A stretch of 63,491 nt of DNA, counting the filler, from Octopus bimaculoides (taxonomy: Eukaryota): NCBI RefSeq assembly GCF_001194135.2. It is 5 parts of 4 records of this genome, joined end to end, with 100 filler letters (N's around TTAATTAATTAA, not from the genome) between each part and the next. Parts side by side here need not be neighbours in the genome. Positions count along the whole stretch, not along the records: positions 46,285 to 57,005 come from NC_068985.1; positions 57,106 to 63,491 come from NC_069007.1; 3 more parts are not named here. One strand, 5' to 3'. Under the pieces are notes generated by a model, which made no database searches, was not told the DNA's origin, and saw only the letters and a list, made by a program, of their open reading frames with translations. The position numbers and the translations under genes were made by a program. Below, piece after piece: positions 51,640 through 63,491 of this stretch; the first letter of the stretch is position 1; each line of letters begins with the position of its first letter.

Positions 51640-52800
51640 CAGCAACAATGCTCTTCTCAATACATGTGATGTACCAGTTGAGACAAACTTTTGCAATTCC
51701 TGCATAAATGGTAAGCCAGGGATCATTCCTAAATAATTTTCAGTTCCTTTTTTGATCATTACAAGTGCTCCTACAATCATTGGTATTGTAACTGTCTTGA
51801 GATGCCACATCTTTTCGATTTCAATCAGCAAATCTTTATATTTTCTAAGCTTAGCAAATTCTTTTGTTGAGATATTATGGTCACAGGGTATGCTCATGTC
51901 TATCAATAAACAGACTTTATTGTTTTGGTCTTTCACAACAATATCTGGTTTATTTGCTTTGATGGTTCAGTCTGTATGTACTGGAAAATCCCAAAGAATC
52001 ATTAGATTTTCTCCCTCAGTTACAGCCTCAGGGTGATGCTTGTACCATTTGTCAGCTGCTTTGATTTTATAATCCTGACACATTATCCAATGTAGATATT
52101 GGCCCACTATGTCATGTCTTGATTTGTACTCTACAGGTGCTAAAACCTTACACCCAGAGATTAGCTGGTCCACTGCTTCAAGTTCTGGGTCAATAGGCTC
52201 TGATCTTGAGCAGCCAAGATAAAGCCTTAACTCTCTGCTTTTAGCCCTGAGTTCCGTAGCCACAGATGAGTGTGCTTCTGGTTAACATCAGTTTGTTTGT
52301 TATGAGCCACATATTTGCCATGCAGCAGTTTTTGTTCCTACTTAACAGCCAATTGTTCAAACGCATTTTGCTTTGCTATTGATTTCATCTTTGCAACTAC
52401 AGTTGTGGCATTTCCCTCGTGCTGTTCAACCTGAGTGTTATGCATAAACTCACTTGAAAATTTTTTGCTCTCCTTCATAACAGAATGAAGCTCCTTACAT
52501 CTTTCAGGGTTTTCAACGACCTTTAGCATCCGGTCGTTAGATATTTCAAGATATTTTGTCGGTCGGTCCAATTGTGGTAGTTTTGTAAGAGATTTCAAAT
52601 TGGATCGTGCATTTAACTCAGATTTTAGGACTGCTCGAACTCTCCTGTAACATTCCTTCCTAGTCTTCTCTTTCATACTTGCATGCTGAATGCCAGAGCC
52701 CTCATTTATTCTGAGGTATTTGTAAGTTTGTTCCTGCTCAAGTTCTTTTATGACTGTGTCAGCATTCAACACCACTGAATGTGAGGTCTTCAATTTCCTT
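51640..52800 (-). mobile_element. Dong/R4-like LINE, RT C-terminus to end
   Basis: YKYLRINEG...KECYRRVRAVLKSELNA; LAPVEYKSRHDIVGQYLHW; ILWDFPVHTD; CLLIDMSIPCDHNISTKEFAKLRKYKDLLIEIEKMW...HVLRRALLL*. Confidence 0.88.
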
Positions 52801-52917
52801 TTCTAGAAAGTGGCCTTGGCACATTTATCAAGACCAGATATGTGTAAATATATATGTGTGTGTGTACAAGTGAATGTGTATGTGTGAGTGAATGTGTGTG
52901 TGTACGTGTGTACATGC

Positions 52918-52968
<51 letters not shown>

Positions 52969-54184
52969 TGTGTGGAGGGTAGTGTTTGTAGCTTCTTGTC
53001 TTGGCATCATGTTGTAGATATATTGATAAATGAGTGTCATCATCATATAAGCAGTGTCCTTCATTTACAATCTGCCATGAAAACATGTCTCGCCAAGAAA
53101 AATTAAGACCTTGCTTGGAAACAGTTGAGGGGTGGCAACTATAAAGAGCATCTGGTTGTAGAAATTTGTCACAAAAAATTTCTCATGACCCAGACTATAA
53201 GAAGAAAGAGGACATTAAAACAATGATGGTGATATGGATGATGACATGCATTTATATATTTTGTGCTTTTAATTTATCTGATAGTCATAATGTTTTTAAT
53301 ATGTATTAATAGGACATTTTACCTCACCCCTCATTTTGATTTGTGTACATCACTAAATTCCTTGTAATCCCTTTTGTAACATGTTGTATTGAATGGATGG
53401 GTCAGTCTTGCAAGTAGAGGGGCAAAATTAGTATTATTATTCTTGATGGAATCATTAGCAGACTAGACAAAATGGTTTGCAGTTTAGTTATGATAAAATC
53501 ATCCCAAGGTCGATTTCAACTTTTCTGGGCTAATGAAATAAAGCACTGGGGTCAATGCAATCAACTGTGTATCACCCCCATCTCTCTTTAAAAAGAAAAT
53601 TCTGATAATGTACTTATGTTAGAAACAATTATTATTTGATAATAATCAGATAAGTATTTTGAGGCTCTGGTATATTTCATTTAGAAATAGATTTTGAAGT
53701 TATATTTTTTTGTTTGTTTCAGTCTTCAGAGTCCAACCATGCTAGAGTATCACCTTGAAGGGTTTAGCCTAACAACTTGACCCCTGTACTTATTCTAAGT
53801 CTGGTAGTTAATCCATAGGTCTCTTTTGCTAAACTGCTAAGTTACAGAGAATTNNNNNNNNNNNNNNNNNNNNNNNNNNNNNNNNNNNNNNNNNNNNNNN
53901 NNNNNNNNNNNNNNNNNNNNNNNNNNNNNNNNNNNNNNNNNNNNNNNNNNNNNNNNNNNNNNNNNNNNNNNNNNNNNNNNNNNNNNNNNNNNNNNNNNNN
54001 NNNNNNNNNNNNNNNNNNNNNNNNNNNNNNNNNNNNNNNNNNNNNNNNNNNNNNNNNNNNNNNNNNNNNNNNNNNNNNNNNNNNNNNNNNNNNNNNNNNN
54101 NNNNNNNNNNNNNNNNNNNNNNNNNNNNNNNNNNNNNNNNNNNNNNNNNNNNNNNNNNNNNNNNNNNNNNNNNNNNNNNNNNNN

Positions 54185-55170
54185 TGGAAGTCTGATGGTG
54201 CAAGGTCAGGAGAGTAGGGGGTAAAGAGGAAGTATTTCATAGATACAGGAGAGTGCTTTCATTTGGACAACATGAGCATTGTGACCTGGGGTGTAGTTTT
54301 GGAGGAGGGGACTCCTTTGGTCAGCATGCCACTCCTCTTTGCTTCGATGGCATCCTGCAATTTCTGCAGCAGGAAAGCATAATATGCCCTGTTAATTGTG
54401 GTGCCATTTGCCAGGAAATCCATCATCACTATTCTGCACTGGTCCCAAAAGACTGTGAGCATTAACTTGCCTGCTGAGGGTTGGATGCAAGTGTTCTTTG
54501 GAGGTGGTGAGTTATCATGTTTCCATTGCTTTGACTGGATTTTAGTCCCAGGATAATAGTGATGGACCCATGTTTCATCCTCTGAGGTAAGTCTGCTGAA
54601 AAAGTCCTCCTCATTTTCTTGGCACATTGCCAAAAGAGCCTGGGAACAATTGACTTGTTCCTGCTTCTGAAAAGGTGTGAGCATTCAGGGAATCCATCAA
54701 GCAGACAACTTCTACATGTACAAATGGTCTGGAATGATTTTTCCATGGATCCTACACATATCTTCACTTCTTGAGCTGGTTGCTGAATAGTTATACAGCG
54801 ATCCTCTAAAATGGCAGCTTTCACTTTATGGATGGTGTTGTCATCATTGGCAGAATGTGGTCATCTAGGAATAGGAGCACTGATGTCCAACCACATTTGA
54901 ACTGGTGATGTCAATGCTTGACTACATCGTATGATGGTGCATCATCACCATATACTTCTTTCATCTCATCGAAAATCTCTTTTGGTGTACAACCTTTCAA
55001 TTATAAGAATCTGATCACTGATCTGTATTCAACTGCCACCATTATAACACCTTAGTCCACTTTAGCAGCCATAAAAGACAAACGAATACTAGTGTAAAGC
55101 TGCAAATTAAAATGTGACATGTAGAGACATGTATAATTATTTCTGTACAAGTTCCATTTCCTGCAATACA
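54185..55170 (-). mobile_element. Mariner transposon, frameshifted transposase (D34D family)
   Basis: MVAVEYRSVIRF..., WVP-like motif then EDETWVHHY, KLMLTVFWD, PYSPDLAPSDF; both ends run into N gaps. Confidence 0.92.
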
Positions 55171-56099
55171 NNNNNNNNNNNNNNNNNNNNNNNNNNNNNN
55201 NNNNNNNNNNNNNNNNNNNNNNNNNNNNNNNNNNNNNNNNNNNNNNNNNNNNNNNNNNNNNNNNNNNNNNNNNNNNNNNNNNNNNNNNNNNNNNNNNNNN
55301 NNNNNNNNNNNNNNNNNNNNNNNNNNNNNNNNNNNNNNNNNNNNNNNNNNNNNNNNNNNNNNNNNNNNNNNNNNNNNNNNNNNNNNNNNNNNNNNNNNNN
55401 NNNNNNNNNNNNNNNNNNNNNNNNNNNNNNNNNNNNNNNNNNNNNNNNNNNNNNNNNNNNNNNNNNNNNNNNNNNNNNNNNNNNNNNNNNNNNNNNNNNN
55501 NNNNNNNNNNNNNNNNNNNNNNNNNNNNNNNNNNNNNNNNNNNNNNNNNNNNNNNNNNNNNNNNNNNNNNNNNNNNNNNNNNNNNNNNNNNNNNNNNNNN
55601 NNNNNNNNNNNNNNGCTCATAGACAAACTGATTATTTTGAAACTAAATCACCAAAAGTGAGTAAAAAATCACATCACTGAAATAAAACCAAAATATGTGA
55701 GTTGCTGACCCAAGATCTACAATCGTATGTATACCATCCCAGGAACTCAAATTTAGACAAATATGGTAATTAGCATTTCCTTAGCACATAATTTTATTTT
55801 ATTCAGGTTTATTTATTTAGTGAGAGAATAAAAATGTACCTTAAATATATGAAAAACATATTTTTTATAAACTTCAATAGTGACCCCTAGAACATAAAAG
55901 TACATTTCTAAAGCCATTTGTTTAGCTCCCAAATGTTTCTGCTTTTCTCTGCCATAATACTAAATGCTTTTGTTTATGCATCCACTTGTTAAATAACTGA
56001 AATCAATTTCTTTCATGATGCCTGTAACTATGATAAATTTTCTCTGATCATATTTTTCTACAATAAATGTCACTTTAAATTTTATATGAATGCACTTAC

Positions 56100-56170
56100 C
56101 ACAACCCTTTTCATCTTCTCCATCAGGGCAGTCATTTTCTCCATCACATTTCCAAGAAATTGGGATGCAT
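56100..56170 (-). CDS. Internal exon (71 bp, phase 2-1) encoding the C-terminal half of an LDL-receptor class A module: [23 protein letters not shown]
   Basis: Reverse complement reads ttataatag|A TGC ATC CCA ATT TCT TGG AAA TGT GAT GGA GAA AAT GAC TGC CCT GAT GGA GAA GAT GAA AAG GGT TGT G|gtaagt. Canonical splice sites; matches LDLa consensus C-I-x3-W-x-C-D-G-x2-D-C-x-D-G-x-D-E-x2-C. Paralogous to exon 47199-47269. Confidence 0.9.
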
Positions 56171-57109
56171 CTATTATAATATTTTTACATGTATATATTA
56201 GAAATTAACTTTAACAATGCACATTTTCTTTTGTATTTAGTGAAAGGACTTGTAAATTTAAAACATTTGTGAATTTTCAGGTCCTCCAAGAATGGTGATG
56301 TTAATAATGTATTTGTACAAGTTGAACTTTTGGTGCCAGTATTAAAACTGTGTGCAGATAGGAAATTGTGAATAACTGCATTTTAGTGAATAGCTTGAGA
56401 GATGTTAAATACAGTAGATACAATGAATGAAAAAGAAGCAGGTGCATATATAAGGATTTGTTGAAAATGGTACTCATCTCGTTTTCTGAGGAGTAGTAGC
56501 TGTATTAGGGGCAGAAGTAAATAAAGGAAGAGCGGAAACATAATATTTATAACTTGTGATTACAGCATGATGGTGGTGGTGGTGGTGGTTAATTTTTACT
56601 AATTAGCAGATGATCTTTTTCATTGGATGCAGCCTAAGATGTTGAGAGTGTAGCAGCAACAATGTCCCAAATCAGTGAACAATATTCTGCTGTAAGTTAC
56701 ATCTGAGCTTTGTTATGAGTCAAAACCCTTTCACAGTGGAGGTATTTTGTTGCTTCAGATGAGTATCCCAGTCTTTGAGACACAGTTTTGTTAACATTAT
56801 AGATTAATAATTTGCAATGACTGAGATATTTAGTGATGTGTCATACATGAATACAGAAAGGTGTTACATGAGATGACATTTTTCCCTTTTTGTGATATGT
56901 ATAAGGATTATGTTCTGGTATAGTTGAAGGAGACTGAGCCATCATGTCTCTACTGATGCATTTGCAGTTTCTGTTTCTTAAAATAATATAAGCACGTGTG
57001 TCTATNNNNNNNNNNNNNNNNNNNNNNNNNNNNNNNNNNNNNNNNNNNNTTAATTAATTAANNNNNNNNNNNNNNNNNNNNNNNNNNNNNNNNNNNNNNN
57101 NNNNNATAT

Positions 57110-57290
57110 GCGTCGGATTGTTAACAGTTTCCGGATTGTTATCAGTTCCCCAGGAACAGTCATTTGGTCGGCCCGAGGGTATAGTACACAACACTTGCCG
57201 AAAGTCCAATGCAGTGGGACTCCAATCGTGTGGTTGGGAGACGTGTGGATAAGAAGCAAGCTTCTCCTCCAAACATCTCCGCCTGCGCCT
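57110..57290 (-). mobile_element. SINE family B 5' part
   Basis: cacttgccgaaagtccaatgcagtgggactccaatc...acatctccgcctgcgcc (revcomp head ggcgcaggcggag). Confidence 0.7.
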
Positions 57291-57628
57291 GTACAAGTTT
57301 TGCTTATCGTTTGTGAAGTTTTCATAGGTTTGACTTCTTTTCAGATACAACAATGCAGTGATAAGCAATATATATATATATAAATATGAAATGAATGATT
57401 TTCATCTGAGTATCCAATACATGTGTCATGCGTATCATTAAACTGCAACCACTAGGGAGGCTCCAGCTTGGTTGTTTTGAAGATGTGAGGAGTGTGCAAT
57501 CACTCCTTAATTACCATTACTCTAATATGCTGTCTGACCCTGCCAGGCTCCTATCTATTGGTTAAATAAATTTTTCTAGCGTAGATTGAGCTCCTTAGCT
57601 GAGGTGATAGCAGACAACTTAGTGGAAA

Positions 57629-58105
57629 GAAAACTCCAAAGTTAATACGAGCTTCCAGCATGCTCTAGCCCAACACGGAAGAGTAGGGCTGGTGAAATTA
57701 ATATGTGGTGTGACCAATAAAATAAGTTCATACTATGGAGACACTTATGCAGGCAGAGATAGCAGGCGGAAGTACTGAGGGATGAGAGAAGAAAAACTCC
57801 AGCATTAATACGCTCTTCTAACATGCCTTAAGCCAGCATGGAAAAATACAAGAGGTATGGCCTTTAAAATGAATTCAACGTATGGAGGCAACTATCTTAT
57901 GTTAGCGTGCATTCGACTGCTGGAGGAGATACTGGGAAATGAAAATAGGAAAACTCCAAAATTAATAAACACTTCCAGAATAACCTAACCAGCGCGGAAG
58001 AGCATGGCTGACGAAATTAACATGAGGTATCGCCAATAATATAAATTCGTATTATGGAAGTAACTATCTCAAGTTAGTGCGCATTCTGCTGCACGGAGAG
58101 ACAAC
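57629..58105. repeat. Three diverged tandem units of ~160 bp
   Basis: Units begin gaaaactcca at 57629, 57791 and 57949 and share ttaata, cttc.agcat, ggaagag, gaaattaa, tatgga(g/a) and aactatct. Confidence 0.75.
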
Positions 58106-58914
58106 GGCAAATCAATGCTTAAATAATTCGCTTGAACAATAGGTTTATCTCCTGCACAGCGTTCTAAATACGACGGTTATGGTGGATATCTTTGAATTCC
58201 ATATGTCTGGTCTCTGGACCCTTAAATAGGATTTCCTTTGCACACTTTATTTAAAGGGCAGCGTTGTCTTGGACCATGGGGGCACCCGAAGGTTCCTGCG
58301 TCATATGTCAGGAAACTACACACAAACGCACACATTTATATGCAAATATCAAAAATATACGCACAAGGCGAGTGCACATATAATTACACACACATACGCA
58401 TACATAGATGCATGCATATATATGTATATATGTGTATATATATATGTACATATATATATGTGAGTGTGTATACATATATAGATGTGTGCGTGCCCATATT
58501 TGAATGTAAGTATCTATCTTTCTATCTATCTATTTATAGATATATACATGGGGATAAATACGTGATCTCATTCAGCTGTATATTTTTGGAAGTGTTGGTT
58601 AAATATCAGTTATGCGATGACACTTAATCGCGTACATATTTATTTCTAACACTCTCAAATTTATATTTGAAATGCTGCAGTGAAGAAGTGAAATAAGTCA
58701 ATATAACTTTTCTTTAATACCGAATCACGTATGCAGCTAATCTGAGTCATGTGGATTCGTTATTTTTCTCTTTGCCTCCGTAATAAAAAGTGTGTTACTG
58801 TGTGAGTGATATTTATGGTAGCGGAAAAGGTATTTTAACTAATATTTCTAAACTTGGTGCGTGGGGAAGCAATTAGCTGACCCCTGATTATAATTATGCT
58901 TATAATAAAATATT

Positions 58915-58952
<38 letters not shown>

Positions 58953-59415
58953 NNNNNNNNNNNNNNNNNNNNNNNNNNNNNNNNNNNNNNNNNNNNNNNN
59001 NNNNNNNNNNNNNNNNNNNNNNNNNNNNNNNNNNNNNNNNNNNNNNNNNNNNNNNNNNNNNNNNNNNNNNNNNNNNNNNNNNNNNNNNNNNNNNNNNNNN
59101 NNNNNNNNNNNNNNNNNNNNNNNNNNNNNNNNNNNNNNNNNNNNNNNNNNNNNNNNNNNNNNNNNNNNNNNNNNNNNNNNNNNNNNNNNNNNNNNNNNNN
59201 NNNNNNNNNNNNNNNNNNNNNNNNNNNNNNNNNNNNNNNNNNNNNNNNNNNNNNNNNNNNNNNNNNNNNNNNNNNNNNNNNNNNNNNNNNNNNNNNNNNN
59301 NNNNNNNNNNNNNNNNNNNNNNNNNNNNNNNNNNNNNNNNNNNNNNNNNNNNNNNNNNNNNNNNNNNNNNNNNNNNNNNNNNNNNNNNNNNNNNNNNNNN
59401 NNNNNNNNNNNNNNN

Positions 59416-59453
<38 letters not shown>

Positions 59454-60621
59454 TCAGAAATATATACATAAATTTATCCATAAGTATGTTCACATACATA
59501 TGTGTATATATATGGCTATACATATATATGTATGCACTTGTGTGTAATGACTATAAATGCTTAAACGTGCAATATTTACTTGGCTCTCCCTCTCTTCACC
59601 CATAAAATATAACTTTAACTGTTAACTGTTATGTTCTCTGGTGAGGAGAGACATAACGTCTGGTAGGTGTTAGACACATATGTCTCCATTACACTGTAGA
59701 CAACCAACATTGACCAAAACACAGATACAATAACACTCAAAATTCCTGGGCCCACTCCATAGACCCATGAGCATAGACATGATCACACACGCCTATTAGA
59801 CACATAGTAATGAGTGGTAGTGTGCGTCTATGTATGTATGTATGTATGTATGTATGTATGTATGTATGTAGATTTGCATGCATACATATATATCATGTAA
59901 ATATATNNNNNNNNNNNNNNNNNNNNNNNNNNNNNNNNNNNNNNNNNNNNNNNNNNNNNNNNNNNNNNNNNNNNNNNNNNNNNNNNNNNNNNNNNNNNNN
60001 NNNNNNNNNNNNNNNNNNNNNNNNNNNNNNNNNNNNNNNNNNNNNNNNNNNNNNNNNNNNNNNNNNNNNNNNNNNNNNNNNNNNNNNNNNNNNNNNNNNN
60101 NNNNNNNNNNNNNNNNNNNNNNNNNNNNNNNNNNNNNNNNNNNNNNNNNNNNNNNNNNNNNNNNNNNNNNNNNNNNNNNNNNNNNNNNNNNNNNNNNNNN
60201 NNNNNNNNNNNNNNNNNNNNNNNNNNNNNNNNNNNNNNNNNNNNNNNNNNNNNNNNNNNNNNNNNNNNNNNNNNNNNNNNNNNNNNNNNNNNNNNNNNNN
60301 NNNNNNNNNNNNNNNNNNNNNNNNNNNNNNNNNNNNNNNNNNNNNNNNNNNNNNNNNNNNNNNNNNNNNNNNNNNNNNNNNNNNNNNNNNNNNNNNNNNN
60401 NNNNNNNNNNNNNNNNNNNNNNNNNNNNNNNNNNNNNNNNNNNNNNNNNNNNNNNNNNNNNNNNNNNNNNNNNNNNNNNNNNNNNNNNNNNNNNNNNNNN
60501 NNNNNNNNNNNNNNNNNNNNNNNNNNNNNNNNNNNNNNNNNNNNNNNNNNNNNNNNNNNNNNNNNNNNNNNNNNNNNNNNNNNNNNNNNNNNNNNNNNNN
60601 NNNNNNNNNNNNGTGTGTGTG

Positions 60622-60661
<40 letters not shown>

Positions 60662-60888
60662 TACGTACGGATGTGTGCGTATGTGTGGTTTGCTTGAGAA
60701 CTTTGACACGTCGCAGACGCAAAGTTTTCTTCGTTTTGTGTCAGAAGAAAAAGATTGGTTTTCACACTGCGAAACCAAGAAAAGAGGAAATTAAGCGGTG
60801 TTTTTTGTTTTGTTTTTGTTTATTCGTTAACCAATAACGTGACTTCAACGAATCCATAGACATACACGTTTGCTGCACGCCTGTTCTC

Positions 60889-60928
<40 letters not shown>

Positions 60929-61388
60929 TAATATTAATAATAATATTAATAATGATAATATTAATATTGATAATCATGTTTTCAAATTTTGGCACAAGGA
61001 CAGTAATTTTGGTGAGGAACTAAGTCGATTATGTCGATCTTAGAACTCAAATGGTACTTATTTTTATCGATCCTAAAAGATAAAAGGTAAGGTCAATATC
61101 GGAGGAATGAAGATAACAGTTGATATAGGTTTGGTTTGAAGTCAAAAGCCACAGAGTCACGAATAATAACATGGCATTTACCACTACATACTACTGATTT
61201 GAGGACGTTCTTCCGACTTTAGTCTTTTAGGGACAGTAAGGATTATCAGGAGGGTTCTATGCACTTGAAAGACGACTGAAAACTTGTGGATACCTTAGGT
61301 TACAGGTAGTCACCCGCTACCCAGATAAATCCTACCTGGAATAAGACCGAACCATATTATAATGATGATGATGATAATAATAATAATA

Positions 61389-61940
61389 ATAATAATAAAT
61401 GCCCAGATGCAGTACCAGGCAGTGGCTCTCATGGCTTCTGATCTTAATTGATTGGAAGTGTTATCATATACATTGTTTAATCTTGATATAAAAGATGGGC
61501 TACAGCAAATATTCTCAATACCAAAGATTTGCTTGTCAGTTGTTTGACCTTAACCAGTTGAGCATGTCCCTTAGTAGCTGACGATATGTGCATCTCTGAT
61601 TACGAACAGAAGTAGTGGAGGAATATCATAGCCATGTGCTGAGGAGTATTATTTGGGGTTTAAATAATTCAGTTCTGGCCACATGCGTGTTTCGTTCAAC
61701 ATCCTTAAACAACACTTATTCATGGACACTGTGAGCAGGATGGGCTACTCGATCTGAAGAAAATCTTTACTGGGGCCCACCTGCAAGGACATGTGATGTT
61801 TATCTTGATATGAGATCACAATGTCACGCAGGTATAGTTGTGATGCATGTGCCTGGTGTACCCTTATCAGACGGGTAGTCATGATGGGTATACTGGGCTT
61901 CGTATATTTGTACCCCAGTGAATATGGTAGCATGAACTGT
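61389..61940. mobile_element. Probable unclassified interspersed repeat starting directly after (AAT)n
   Basis: Non-coding ~550-bp block with balanced composition beginning at a microsatellite edge. There is only one copy in the window; repeat status is recollection and inference only. Confidence 0.35.
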
Positions 61941-62266
61941 TATTACGCTAGAAGCCTTAAGTTCACATCGTTACATCGAGGATTTGACAGTTATAAATGG
62001 ATATAGATAAATAGATAGAGAAAATAAGAGGAGGAGTTGTATTAGCACTAGACTCTCCTAGATTTATTAGAGCAACGTGAAATCGAATACCTCTCTTCCA
62101 GCACACAGCAGGGTACTCTTTTGCGGAATCGAAGTCACTACCATACCCACTAGAACACAGACTTTCAAAGTAAATCAGTATTTTTTGACCTGTTTCTATT
62201 TTCAAAAATCGACAGACAATGACCCTAGAAATATCATTGTTATTATATCATTATCATTATATCATA

Positions 62267-62431
62267 GGCGCAGGAGTGGCTGTGTGGTAAGTAGCTCACT
62301 TACCAACCACATGGTTTTGGGTTCAGTCCCACTGCGTTGCACCTTGGGCAAGTGTCTTCTACTATAGCTTCGGGCCGACCAAAACCTTGTGAGTGGATTT
62401 GGTAGACGCAAACGTAAAGAAGCCCGTCGTA
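62267..62431 (+). mobile_element. SINE family B 5' part
   Basis: ggcgcaggagtggctgtgtggtaagtagc...gggttcagtcccactgcg...ttgggcaagtgtcttc (CORE-like). Confidence 0.85.
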
Positions 62432-63491
62432 TATATGTATATATATANNNNNNNNNNNNNNNNNNNNNNNNNNNNNNNNNNNNNNNNNNNNNNNNNNNNN
62501 NNNNNNNNNNNNNNNNNNNNNNNNNNNNNNNNNNNNNNNNNNNNNNNNNNNNNNNNNNNNNNNNNNNNNNNNNNNNNNNNNNNNNNNNNNNNNNNNNNNN
62601 NNNNNNNNNNNNNNNNNNNNNNNNNNNNNNNNNNNNNNNNNNNNNNNNNNNNNNNNNNNNNNNNNNNNNNNNNNNNNNNNNNNNNNNNNNNNNNNNNNNN
62701 NNNNNNNNNNNNNNNNNNNNNNNNNNNNNNNNNNNNNNNNNNNNNNNNNNNNNNNNNNNNNNNNNNNNNNNNNNNNNNNNNNNNNNNNNNNNNNNNNNNN
62801 NNNNNNNNNNNNNNNNNNNNNNNNNNNNNNNNNNNNNNNNNNNNNNNNNNNNNNNNNNNNNNNNNNNNNNNNNNNNNNNNNNNNNNNNNNNNNNNNNNNN
62901 NNNNNNNNNNNNNNNNNNNNNNNNNNNNNNNNNNNNNNNNNNNNNNNNNNNNATTATTTTGTAGTTTAGCAAAATATCAGCCTCGATTAAGCAAACGTTT
63001 GACCAATGGTCAAGAATTTGCCCACCGTGACAGTCCAGTGCCCCTTACATCGATAACTCGCGCCCCTACATCAATACTACCACGTTTGTTCATCCTGATG
63101 CTCTTCTATTCTTCACGGTCAAGGGTTACATAAGACCTTACGTAATACATTTATTGATGTCATCATTAAACCTCGAAATAGCTTTAAAATACTTGGTGTG
63201 TGCTCGTGTTGATTCTGCTACTTCAATGCTTTCGTAGATTTCATACCAAAGTACACTTTCACTTAATTCTGGCATTGAAATATTTCTGTAGCTTCAATAA
63301 AGTCAAAACACGTGCTCTAGTTATATATAGGCATGTATGTATGTATGTATGTATGTATGTATGACCAAATTTACATGTATAGGCATACGTAATATACACA
63401 TATGTGTGCGTATGAATATACAAACATAAACTAAAATAGCCTGTACATGTTTGAAGATAGATGTGTGTGTATACATATACATGCATATATA

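Noticed and set aside
55042-55170. Hydrophobic frame GNGTCTEIII...LLWLLKWTKVL* as a possible transmembrane exon of the LDLa gene
   Set aside because: It lies directly upstream of the mariner ATG and is better explained as mariner 5' UTR.
57629-58105. Possible CRISPR-like repeat-spacer array
   Set aside because: Units are long and homologous throughout, with no constant repeat and unique spacers, in a eukaryotic context with no cas genes.
61963-62205. Minus-strand ORF with a Cys/Trp-containing peptide
   Set aside because: Weak donor site, no domain similarity, and a length compatible with chance.

Overview
AT-rich, microsatellite-saturated and heavily gapped eukaryotic DNA. It is most likely from an Octopus draft assembly (inference from the tRNA-derived SINE families, abundant Dong/R4-type LINE debris, extreme (AT)n/(ATT)n/(CATA)n load and TTAATTAATTAA placeholder gaps). 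Almost every entry in the ORF track is a simple-repeat or N-gap artefact. The host coding signal is invisible to that track: five short minus-strand exons with canonical AG/GT ends (56100-56170, 47617-47683, 47199-47269, 46640-46790, and a partial exon at 46285-46296 cut by a gap). They splice in frame into a secreted-type or surface-type protein of tandem LDL-receptor class A (LDLa) modules separated by Thr-rich mucin-like linkers, built by a recent ~975-bp exon-pair duplication. The rest is mobile-element material: many Dong/R4-like RLE LINE fragments, an internally deleted Tx1/L1-clade LINE, a Ty3/Gypsy gag-pol remnant, a solo LTR, four mariner derivatives (two with two 5' ends), several MITE-like foldbacks, at least four SINE families, and Penelope-type termini with degenerate hammerhead ribozyme cores. 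No prokaryotic-type systems, CRISPR arrays, rRNA genes or intact tRNA genes are supported.
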